Source: Kudoa neothunni
Taxonomy: Eukaryota > Animalia > Cnidaria
Direction of reading: 5' to 3'
Assembly: GCA_964304625.1 (NCBI GenBank)
Contig: OZ199839.1
Location: 4,203,292 to 4,267,291, forward strand
DNA: 64,000 nucleotides
Shown: one piece after another, positions 40,401 through 52,639 of the stretch
Layout of the letters: each line of letters opens with the position of its first letter
Position numbering within the stretch: the stretch's first letter is position 1
Notes under the pieces: generated by a model
Seen by the model: only the letters and a program-made list of their open reading frames with translations
What the model was told of the DNA's origin: nothing
Databases searched by the model: none
Program-made: the position numbers and the translations under genes

Positions 40401-43400
40401 AAATTCAAACTTGAGCAGGAAGGTTTTTATTATTTTTTCTTTGATTATTACGATATGATATTATATGAGAGGTTCATATTTATTGTGATCTATTCATATT
40501 CTAGGACGAGAACGACTAAGAATCCAAAAAGAGGTATTTTTTCGAATTAAATTATATATGGCGGAGTTTATTTGATATTGTAATCGGCGCGATTTAATTT
40601 TAAAAAATATGGCACATGCCTGCGGCTAAAATTATTTATGCATATTTTATATTTGACTGGGAAGCTAAGATTATACTTTTAATATTTTTTTATATTGTAT
40701 ATGTGCAGTTGAAATAATTGCAAGGGTTTAGTCGACTTTTCGTACAATTAGCGCGCGCATAATATAATGTAATTACGATTTTTGCATAGTTGGAATATCG
40801 AAGGTAGTTTTTTTAACTTATTAATTTTAATAAGAAGCAAACATATTTTTATAGTTATTCATAAATTAATAGTGAATCTGCTGTAAATGCCGATACAACG
40901 CTTTTTATTTATTTGTTAGAGATTTGAAATACAGTTGAACCTCGATTATCCGGAAAATTTGGGACCATCAATTTTCATAAAAATAATGAGGCTCCAGTTG
41001 ATCGAGCATAAACAACGGTATATGTGCGCGCAGTTTTAAAATTTCTGCTTAAATGATTGTTTATTTAATTTATAAACGATTTTCACTGTTTATTAACTAA
41101 AATAGTTGAACTTCTGTAACTTAAATTAAAAATATTGGCATATCTATTAAATAAGAATATGGAAATTTAAAATAAAAATAAAAAACAATGCGTGGTTATG
41201 GGAGAAAAACACGTCTACATAGGAATATCCTACTTTATTAAAATATCGATAATTAATGTTTGTTTAATATAAATACAGGCATGTGGTCAGATATAATACA
41301 AATTTATATAAGAAATTAATGCTTAATTTAAGTTTTAAAAGAAAAATTTTTAAATAATTAATCTAGAAATACTTTTGTTTCAAATATTGCATTCGCGTAC
41401 ATGCTACATTGTATATTTCGTACGGTGATGGGTGGTACTTTTATCCGGAATTATGATTAAATAATTGTTCCGCATAATCGAACATTATCGTCACCTAATT
41501 TCAATAAGATCCAAATAAAATTTAAAATATCATCCAGATAGCGTGATTTCTGGAATATTTAGGTGCGACTGTATGTGAAAATAATCTATTCCAATTTTTA
41601 ACAATTAATTTATTATTATTAAAGGATATTAATATGATGTAAAAATATTGATTTCGTTTTTATCGACTTAATTGATTTTAAACTGATAAAATAATAACTT
41701 TTTAATTATTTGTAGAGAATTTAAAAATATTAGCTAAAAATTCAAAATATTGATTAATAGTCTTAATCCGACCATAGGTGTAAACTAGGATATTTAAAAC
41801 GCATGTCAGATAACCCTAAAATACATAAAACAAGACTTATTAGTTGGAAATAAGAGAACTCATTATAACTCAATATATTATGAATTTTTAAATTATTCTA
41901 ACGCTTTTTAACTTCGATATTTGAATGCGATCATTTTTTGGAATTAATTTTTTATATTTTTCCCCATACATTAGCAAATAATTATTATTTTAATAAGATA
42001 CCGAAACTTCATTTATAAATATTCGATTTCAACTTAGATATTTAAACGCTAAAATGAAACGCGATTGCATTTTATTGTTCGATATGAACAGATCACTGGA
42101 AAGTAAATTAAATGATAAAACGTAATTTAATAAATTGAGCTAAAAGCGAGTTAAAATTAATTGTATTAAAAATATGTAAAATAATTAAACAGAAATCGTT
42201 CTTTCATAGTTTCTAAGTTTTATTTTTTTGAAATTTACGTTATCACGAATAAGGAATATGGAGTAAGTATCGCGCCACTATTAAAAAAACTTTACTTTCG
42301 ATTAACATTATTCAAGATATTCATGATATTTTTATTTTTTTTATAATTTACTATGCTAATTTTAAAATTCCCAACATACCAATATACTGCATTTTTAACT
42401 ATAGTAAATACTGATTAGATTAATTACCAAGTACTCTGTCCATTAGTGGATTTTTATTCTGAAATGCTTATATTGTCGTCTAGAAAGAACAAGTAACCCC
42501 AGGCGCAGTCAAGGACAACGCTGAAATTCAAGTTTTTTCTATTTTACAATGATTCGTGATTGAAAATGGGTTAGAAAATAATGGATGTGGAATCGAAGAA
42601 GATGAAATTGGTTATTCGTTTTGTAGAAAATTATATTTAATATAAAATTTGTATAGAAACCTGAATCTAGTAGCTGATTTTTGTGGTGGACTACTAGAAC
42701 ATTTTTATGGGTGATCTTTTAGTTAGTTCTACTTGTGCTTCCTCTGTGCCAGAAGCACCCCTTGTTCCAGAGTCACTTCGAAAATCATTTGTTGATCAGT
42801 ATGTTTGATGAATAGTATGATATTTTATATTAATTTAAATAATTTAGATCATTTGACACTCATTTGGATGTCAAGATGCTCTTCCCCGAGCATGTCACCA
42901 GTGACGTGGGTGTTTTCAAGTTCCATATTGAATCATTCCATCCCGCTCTTATTGACAGTTCTTTAAATTCCATATTCTATTCAGGAGATTGTTATATTGT
43001 TTTGGATGTAACTGCAATTGTTTTTGTGAGATAATTATTCTCTTTGAAGAATTTTGTGGACGATCAGAATGTGCTTCAGCATAATATTTATGTGTGGATA
43101 GGAAAAAGTGCTCCTGTATTTTCGTTGTATTGACGGTGGATTGATTTGTTTCGTAAATAGCTGGAAAAAATGGCATGTGCTGCTATGCATGCTGTCAATC
43201 TTAGAACCCTCGTCAAAACCACCAATCTAACATCTGTAACTTTAATTGCTGGCTCCAACTTTTGTAATTCTTCCGTTCTGTTTTAGAGAATTGAGGAGGG
43301 ACTAGAAACACAAGAATTCCTCGATGCTTTCCATGGAATCATTGATATCCAAGAGGGTATGGGTACTCCAACCAGTTTTGTTACTAACAAAAAACAAGTA

Positions 43401-46038
43401 TGTTTTTGGGGTTGTATACGAAAATAATTAGTGGTTATTTTGTTTAAATTTAGCGGTCACAACCCAGACTTTTTGTTATCACATCTTCCTCGGCGAACGC
43501 ATTCACTATTCGGAGAGTAAAATCTATTTTAGTGAGATAAATTCTATTCAATTTTTAAGGTTCCCATAATGAGAAGTGTCCTTGATAGCGGAAGCATTTT
43601 TGTATTTGATCTTAATGTAAAGCTCTACTTGTGGTGTGGAGCTAATACAAAGATGATCCTTCGAAACAAGATCAGGTATTTATCAATAATCACAAAATTA
43701 TTATTATTCATTATTAGATTGTACCTGGAGAAAATTATTAAAAACGATAAAAAAGGTCACGCTGAGATTGTTACCATCATAGTAAGTTTAGATTTCTCGT
43801 ATTGTTGTAAATGTATTTTACTAGGAGTGTAATGAACCTGAGGAGTTTACTTCCGATTTTGAAAAAGAGTCAGTTATGTATGAGAATTATCAATATATTC
43901 CTGCAGATTTCATGAAAAAACCTATACTCTTCAATTTTCAAACTTGCAGTGGTTTGGTTTATTTGAACCAAAGTATATTCACATTCCGATGGTTGCTATG
44001 ATGTGGCGATCGTCACTGTTTGATTGAGACTTGTTTATTTGAAATATTCATAGTGAAAGCTATAAGGCAGCAATACCACAAAGAAATGCTTAAACCATCA
44101 CAAATCTATATCATGGATAACTATATGGAGTTATATGTTTGGCAGGGTCGTCTAACTGAACAAAAGGATCGTGACATGGCTTATCATGTGGCGTGTGTGT
44201 TGAAAGAAACAATAAACCGACCTCCGGGTAGTCAAATCTTTTCTATTGTTGAAGGATTTGAACCCATGATTTTCAAATCTTTCTTCAACTTGTGGAATGA
44301 TGTTATAGACACCAACTATACTTTAAGTGCTGAAGCTGTTTCAAAGAAAAATGAGGTACACACCTTTATGTCATAATATGTTATAGTTTTATTCGTCGAA
44401 TGCGTTACTTTAACTTATCTAAATAAAAATAAGTTATTTTTAATTAATTTTGACGATAAAATGTTAGATGAAATCAGCCAAACAAAAACCAAGCACTGAC
44501 AAAAAGTTGTTTACACATGAAGATTTTAACTTGCCTAAAATTGACATTGATCCTATTTTCCTATCGAGAACACCTTTAAGTTCACCCGATGAAATGGTAT
44601 TTTTCAACTTTTTATCATATTTTTTCTAAATATTCAAATTAATAGATGAACGAAATCAATGAATTAAAAAAACGTCTCATCAGCATAGAAGGCTTCGTTC
44701 TCGACAATCGTAATTTCATCAAGCTTGAACAGGAAGAATTTGGTAGATTCTCCTCTTCCGTTCAATTAATATAATTTAATGTGTAGGACATTTCTACAGC
44801 AATAGTTGTTACGTGTTCCTTTGTAAGATGAGTGAATACGATGAGGTTGAGGATGTTGCATACGAACCAAGTTACACTGTGTTTTTCTGGGAGGTAAACA
44901 ACCCTAAATCAAAAACCTTCTTGATATTTTTCCCATTATTGTATTTATTTTTGTGATGTGATATATGATATGTAGGGGAAAAATTGTTCCAAAAAAGGAT
45001 GGCTTCTTTTCAGTTTCAGGTAGTGTCCTACCAACATGATCTCGGTTTACTCGTACTTAGTTTACAGAAAAAATTCCAAGTTTCAATTCAGGCTGAAATC
45101 GAATTCGAACGCATCAAACAGCAACAAGAAAGTCAAACTTTTCTTGGGCTTTTTTATGGAAATCTAATTTACCATCGGGTATCATTTTTCATGTTATGCC
45201 ATAATAAACATGAACTGACTTAACTCAACCTAGGGAGAACGTCCTACTGAAGCAACCAAAAATGCAGACAACCAAACATCTCAGCTCTCTACTACTCGCA
45301 TGTATCAAGTTAGATCAATGGCTGAAATTATCACCTGTCGATGCGTGGAGATTGATGTTGATGCTGAATATCTCTCTACCGAATTCGCTTATATCGTAGT
45401 TCAACCGGATGAATCCAGTAAAAGTGGACATGTTTACGTGTGGATTGGAGACAACTGTGATGAACACGATTCCAAACTAGCTGTCAAGTATGGAGAACGT
45501 TTCAATCGAGATTACAACTACAATATGGTTGTGATCAACGAATTCCAGGAGTCGGACTTATTTTGGGACGTTATCGGCGGTCGTAAAGACTACAAACACA
45601 CTTGTTGTCTAAGAAATTCCACGCGGCTTTTTAGATGCACGAACGACCAAGGATTCTACGCTATTCGTGAACGTTGTGCAGATTTTTGTCAGGTTCAATA
45701 TAATTCTGTGGTTTATGCTTTGTGACTCTTCTATTATTAGATTGATCTACTCTTTGACGATGCCATGATGATTGATTCTGGGGATGAAGTATTATCTCGT
45801 TTATAATTTCATACATATATTGATTGACATTTGCATTTAGTTGTTTATTTGGATCGGAGAAAGTGCTAGCACTCTCGAGGTGAAACTCACCAAAAAGTTA
45901 GCTCCAGTTTACCTGCAGCATTTGGCGCAGGAGACAGGTTCCATCCCCAGAACTTTACGAACTGTATACATGGGCAATGAAACTATCGAATTCAAACGTG
46001 TTTTCCAAGGTTTTGATTCACTTACGACTCAATCCTAA
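37468..46038 (+). CDS. FLII: Flightless-I (N-terminal LRRs plus gelsolin repeats), roughly 35 or more introns
   Basis: Start MGDYYKSILGIDFSNY; LRRs such as DLSENNLEDIP, LNLSKNRI, LNLSHNKI; gelsolin motifs FYSGDCYIVL, LYLWCGAN, LYVWQGR, FYSNSCYVFLC, RLFRCTNDQGFYAIRERCADFCQ, FIWIGE...FKRVFQGF; stop TAA 46038. Confidence 0.95.
38921..39595. mobile_element. MITE with CCC termini (piggyBac-like) in a FLII intron
   Basis: CCCTCGAACACCTG ... CAGGTATTCGAGGG (13/14 inverted match); flanks TTAG and CTGA are not clean TTAA. Confidence 0.6.
40932..41571. mobile_element. pogo/Tigger-like MITE in a FLII intron
   Basis: TA|CAGTTGAACCTCGATTATCCGGAAA ... TTTCTGGAATATTTAGGTGCGACTG|TA; TA TSD; TIR related to the 10040 and 56074 elements. 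Confidence 0.8.
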
Positions 46039-46589
46039 TATAATGAAGAAATCATCATCAACAATTCTATAGACTTATTTTTTAAATATTTCATCGGAAA
46101 CTATATTGTGGCGCATATTATGTATTATTGATATCTAAATTTGTGTATTTAGTCACTGAAAATAAAAATTGATGATTATTATATTTTTTAGCCTGAAATT
46201 CTAATTTATAATTTACTTAACTGTTAACTTTATCAATTTAATTTACAAATACAGAAATTTAAATGGATCGAATATAAATAATTTGTTTTGCGTTATTAAT
46301 ATTGACTAAATATATAATCACAAGTGTTTACATAATATAACTAATGTGTATCCGCTTAGAACGAATTTTTATTGATAAAATTTATTGTTATTCAATCTAT
46401 AATTATATCCAAATCAGAGATTACATCATAATTGTCAATGAATAATAAATTTTTCAGGCGTAAAAAATAATTCTGCGATTAATAATCACAAAACACAACG
46501 TTAATTTTTCATTCGCATGATTACCTTTACAAAATATTCTGAGTACATTATTCCCTCATTACGTAGGTTTAAAACAAAGCACATTTTTC

Positions 46590-47060
46590 ACGAGTCACTA
46601 CAATTGCTCAGCCTGGACGATATGGCATAGAAATTGTAGTAGTGTATGGAGTAGCTTGAATACCATGAGGTTACAAGTCGGAAGCTTATTCCAGGCGTTC
46701 TTGTACTCCTAAACCGAAGTTGAGTACGAAGGTTGTGGTAATTGCAAGGATCTACGATTTATCGTGGTCTGGCTTGCAGCTGGGATAGGAGCCTGAAGGA
46801 GGGTAGATCTGGGGCGCTCACAAACGCCGGGATACAGGAACGAAATAAAAATCAATCGGGGGGGGGGGGGGTTTGCCGACGTCCGCATTCAGACGTCTTT
46901 CCTTTACAAATTCTGGGTTTGTCCAATGTATGGTTAGGGGTACAAAGGTTGCTGCTAAACGAGGATGTTTAATGGATTAAAATCCCACATTACTACATAA
47001 ACGTAAGTTGCCTTGATATGACGTTGTAGCGCTTACAGCGTAAATGAAGAAGGCCTACCA
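46590..47060 (-). mobile_element. Possible 3' remnant of a non-LTR retrotransposon (CR1/L2-like)
   Basis: Locally GC-richer island between the convergent FLII and UTP6 genes; minus strand gives LTIHW...ERRLNAD and NAWNKLP, typical of LINE ORF2 C-termini; contains a G14 run at 46858-46871. Confidence 0.35.
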
Positions 47061-47542
47061 ACCGAACTTCACAAACTAACAAGTTGCGCCATGGATTTGA
47101 CCTTGCAAACAATAACACTACAATTGCTCTTCTATAAAAGCTTTTTATCTCGCTCATTCTTTAATTTTTCATTCAATCATTAAACAATTCGGTTACAAAT
47201 TTATTTAAAAAACATGACCGCAATTCAACTTTCCCGATTCGGCATACTAGAGATTGAACATAGATAAGCCCACATATATAGACTAAATGCTAACATAATT
47301 TTTAACTATCAAAAATTTTCCATAATTACTGAACTTACAAAAAATATTAGCGTTTGTTGCATGTAAACATGTAACAATTTTAAATTTTTAAAATTTAAAC
47401 AAAAAAGGAATTATAACAAGAAATAGCAAATTAATGACAAAATTAATTAACAAATGCATTTAGATTTGGCAAAAAAGTTCAATATTCCAACGTATTCCAA
47501 ACAATTTATTACCTAATTAATTACATAAATTTAATTTAAGCA

Positions 47543-50050
47543 CTAATGGTGCATGTCGGTGGTAGTGTTCATTAGGGTGTATTTCGTGACAAAACCTTCC
47601 ACCAATGAACTCTCCAATGATTTGAGTGCTCGATTGTAGAGGTTGCTCACATGGGATAATGAAATCGTATAGGAGCTATTGAAAAGTCGTTTTTCAAATT
47701 TGATATAGGAAAGCCATTTATCAATGTTGGTAGCATCAGATGGATTATCACAAATTTTTGTTATCATCAACTCATACAATCTTTGCACAAACGGCAAACA
47801 TTGCTTAGGATTATTTTGAGTGTTTGAAAAAATTAAATAATTAGATAAACACTCAATAAAGTCAACTTCAACAGCATTGATATTAACTATCGTTTGTATT
47901 AGGCGTACAAACTCTTCATCGATAGATATGAACGGAAGCAAACACAAAAGTAGATGGTTGATGGATGACCTGTGAGATTTATAGAATATTGGGATGAAAT
48001 CTGTTGCGAATCTATTCAACAGTAGATCATCAGTTTTAAAGTTGTTGGAATTGACAATTGAATTTATCTTGTCAACCAAATTAGAAACTGACACATTGGC
48101 GTCTTCATCATTTAAGCCTGAACCGCTACGTACAAAAACATTCTGCCAACGTGATATATCCTCAAGATTGTTTACATTCATTGATTCAAAATTCAAAAAG
48201 AGTAACCATAATGCAGAGTTTTGGGGATATAACTGACAAAACTGGTCCAGCAAGCGAGACACCCGATTGCTTGAATTTCCCCCTGAATGTTTCCAACACA
48301 AAGTATAAATCTTTGCAATACTTATTGCAATGTCGCATGAGTAGGGATGGTGAAGACTATGGTTTGAAGATTCAAACAAAGATTTGATTTGTTCAATTGA
48401 TTTATCGGCCTTTATGAATTTGAAAAAGAATATATAACAGTTATTACCATACCATAACAAAACTTGATTCATCAATATTTTCATTGAACAAAAGCAACAA
48501 AGTTTTAGCAAAAAGTTGTATCAGTTCTAAAAATTCTAAGAGAATATAGCTAATTGAACTTATCAGCAATTTTTACTAGAAGTTGAATCACTGAATAATG
48601 GCTGGGATTGAACTTGCAAGAAAAGTTGTTTGACAGCAACAACACGATCTAATATTATATAGTGTAAATTAATTTCAGTAATTTATCAACAAACAGGAGT
48701 TCATATAAAATTTCATGCTATACCTATAATTCTATCATCCAACTCAAACGGACACCTACACATGGCTTCAACTAAAACTTCTAGAGAACTCATATTGATT
48801 TGATTTTCGTTATTGATTCTGCAACGCAATTACTATTGAAATAAAATAGCAGAATTACCTTTCAAACAATTTCAAAAGTAAATCAAAATGAAACATGTGT
48901 GTCTCGGTTAAATGAATAACATGGATCAAAATTTTGTTGTTGTCTAAAGATATAGTTGGCACATAGAATTTTGGTTAAAAAACTAAATTAGATACAATTG
49001 CATGCTTGTAATGCTTCTTCAATGAAACGACACAAAATTTCAACAAGTTTAGTTCCAGAAAGTTTTTTACTCTACAAATAGGAATTAGAATTTTTGGATA
49101 AAAAAATTAAATTTTACATGTATGGTCTTGGCTATTCTAAATTCCAATAACTATAAATAAATAAATAGATTGGATTAATTTATAGTTAAAGATTATTACA
49201 GCATTCCATAGGTCGACATTATTGTTTAGCACAACTACAGCCTTCTCATAAATTTTTTCTGACATTTCAAGATTTTTGTTGATTGTATACCATTTTGAGA
49301 CCATCTTCCATGCGTCTAAAAAAATAAATTTGTCAACTACTAAAGTCGTCTTAGCACAACTAATTACCGACACTTTTTAAATTTTTACGCAACATTTCAG
49401 ATACTACTTGAGAAAGCATAAAGTTTTCATTCTATTTTACATTATATAATCATTTCGTTTGTTTCAAAAATACCATCCTATAACACAAATATATGTGTTG
49501 GTCGTATATCTCTAAATCAGTCTGAAAAAATATTTAATAATTATTCGGGAAAAAGAACAAACCCCATATTTTTTATGGCAGTTCTAAATAAGAATTATAT
49601 TAATTGATCAATTTAGATATTACATTGAACATGTAATGTAAACGTTCAAATTGACGAGTTAGAAGAGCATCTCCATGAGCAAATTTTAGTTTCTATTATA
49701 GAAGCATTAGAATAATTTGTGTTGTTGTTATAAACTACTTTAATTCTTTTATTTATTAACAGCAATAATGCTGAATCATACTAACAGTAACCATGGTAAC
49801 CGTACATATTTTAATTGTGCATAAAATACTTTTATATAGGACAGAAAATCTTCTTTCTGTGGATGTCTTTTACAGACTCGATATTCGAGTTTTGTTCGCT
49901 GTTCAATTATTTTTCTTCACATCATTGATAACTGATATTGAGTAAAACGAATAAATACCTTAATTCATTTTCATCAAATATCCCTCCGCGAATCAAAGCG
50001 TCAGATAAAGATAAAAAATCTTCCAAGTTTTCTACAACTCTTTCAGCCAT
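47543..50050 (-). CDS. UTP6: U3 snoRNA-associated protein 6 (HAT-repeat SSU processome component)
   Basis: N-terminus MAERVVENLEDFLSLSDALIRGGIFDENEL|..KIIEQRTKLEYRVCKRHPQKEDFLSYI matches the UTP6 N-terminal pattern. HAT repeats (YEKAVVVLNNNVDLW, LYPQNSALWLLFLNFE, KWLSYIKFE..NLYNRALKSL..FVTKY). Stop at 47543. Confidence 0.88.
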
Positions 50051-52639
50051 TATTTAAAGTACTTTCTACAAATGTAAGGCGAATAGTCCGCTGTGACCAG
50101 TTTGGGGTTAAACGTGGTGCGTGCGCGTATTTGAATAATTCCCTATTACATCATTGTTAGTTTACTTCACATTTTGTTTATGATATAATATTTATGTAAT
50201 ATTGTTATTTTAAATATTATATGCGAACTGATCGATATGTTTGAGGAATCATCAATTATAATTTTTATTCCAACAACAATGGTGTCTTAATATATACGCG
50301 CATGCGACTATTATTAGGGAAATTTTCTAGAGTTCTAAATACATAATGCTAATAAAGGAGAAAACAAGTATTTAAAAATTGGACGTGAATTTTTTATTTC
50401 TATTGAAGAAAAATAATAATATTACTTATGGCGGAAATGATTGTTACCTTACGTAGGTGGTTCAATATTTACGAAACTGCGCACGCTACTTTGAAGAAAT
50501 AATTTTTAATTTCTTTGAAATTATAAAATTTCAAGTTATATATAACATGATCTAAAATTTAAATACTATATAAAATTGGCGGGAATGGCATAATTGGTTA
50601 TTTTAATTAATAAACATGTTTCTATCTCTCGAATATATATTTTTATGAAAAATTGAGAATGAATCTATTATCGTGGTAGCGCATTTTGCGAACTTATTAA
50701 TTTTTTCGCATATTCTAATGCTCTTTGCGAGTGACAATTTATGTATTTGGTCATTTTCTAGCTGACCATGTATGCAGATTAATCGTCAGTTTTATGTCTC
50801 TCAAATTTTAAAAGCACTGGCTATTCTAGCTATTGACACGGAAATTTTTAATACAAAATGGCTAATACGCTTGCACGATGTCCATTTTTAATCCGATAAT
50901 TCCTATTTATAGTTGATCTATCAAGTCCATTTTTTAGAATCTGCTATATTTATTTTTTACCCCTATGAGTGGTAGCGATGGGCCAACAATAGTTAAATAC
51001 AGCCAAAATTTCATTCACCCAGATATTATGATCCGGGTCAATAGCCACTTCCAATTTTAAAGTTTTTTAGAAAATGAACATTTTTTATAAATTTTTTGGT
51101 ATCGTTACTTTTGTGAGGGAGGAAATAAATAAAATCCAGAACTTAATATGTTATATGGCTTATCTATCCTTTCATTTATTTCACGAGGTTACGTTATAAA
51201 TAAAGATCTATAGTTCTTGTTTACAAATATACTTTGAGTGTAATTCGAATTTTTTAATCAGTTTCCCTGCTCACAATACGTTCATGTTGCCATAATCACT
51301 CGCATTTCTATAAAAAAACGCAGTTTTAGTCGTATTTTTTTATAATTATTATATATGGCGTATATTCGTTTTTCCAATTTGTGGAATCTATTGGGGTTAT
51401 TTTTAAGAAAAATGGGTTTATTGTAGATTTATTATTATTTTCTTATAAAATATCACATTTAATTGAAAGAGAACATTATTTTTTGTTTTATTAAGAAATG
51501 AACAGTTAACCTATCTTGGGTCTAAAAGTGTCTTCAGTGATCACTTTTGTTTATATTCATACAATAAGAATGGTTTTGTTACATTTCTATAAAAGAAAAA
51601 TTTATTATGTAGGCAAGTTAATATTTTTATAATTCCCCACACAATGACAATTTAAAATCTTGATACGATTTATTGGACCAAATCTTTTATGATGCATAAC
51701 ACACATACTTTTTACTTTGCAAAATATTTTCTAATTTAAAAAAACATGCTTAACGAGTTACTGTTAACATCGCAAATTAATTAAATCAATGAAGTAAATA
51801 GTTGTTCGAATGCTGTGGAGAAACCATCCAAATTTTACTGATCCAGTTAGATCTAATTCCAGGATAAAAATATTTTCTTATTTTTTCAAAAAATGTCTAA
51901 ATATAAGATTTAAATATTTATAACTTCACTACAGAAGTCTTATCAACTCTTTGAAGAAGTTGGAGTGTTGCAAAACACCATTCAAAATTAATCCTATCGT
52001 AAATTACCACACGTATTTTTAAAATAAATTTTAGTTTCTTTTGCTCGGAATTTTTTCCTCGCACATATCTTATACATACAATCAGTCTAAAATATAGAAA
52101 AAACGCGAAAGATTTAAATTGTACCATTTGAAGATGTTATGGGTGGAAAATACCTCACACCACTTTTCTTTAAATTTTGGAAAATATAAATAATTAGTAA
52201 ATTGGAATTACAATTTAGCTTGCTTTTACATCAAATACTTTAGTCATATTATAGGTAATAAATACCGAGTGGTTACTAAAATATCTAAATTAAGTTTCAT
52301 TTGATCTATGTTCAAATTCTGCAAATAACTCGTTAAAATTTTTCTTATCAGGCATATTGGATACGGTAAAATAATTTAAGTGATCAATATTATATGATCT
52401 ACATGTTTCTATAAAACAGAAATAGTTATGAATTAATATTATCAAACATTCGGAACGGGTTTGTTCATTATTTGTTGCTGTTATGAGCACAAAATAAACT
52501 AAGTTTTACTAGTTTTCCGCTAATAAACAGATTAAATAATTCGAAAATAAATACAAACTGGAAAGCCATTATTAACCTATAAAATATACTTTCACTTTGA
52601 ATCATAAGTGCAGTTTATGGCGTTTGGTTTTTCATTAAT

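Noticed and set aside
46742-46972. Plus-strand 76-aa ORF with a poly-Gly tract
   Set aside because: Antisense to the probable LINE remnant; the Gly run comes from a G14 homopolymer.
50150-52600. Short minus-strand ORFs 51918-52127 and 52290-52490
   Set aside because: No recognisable domain, splice chain or termini; likely chance ORFs or unrecognisable transposon decay.
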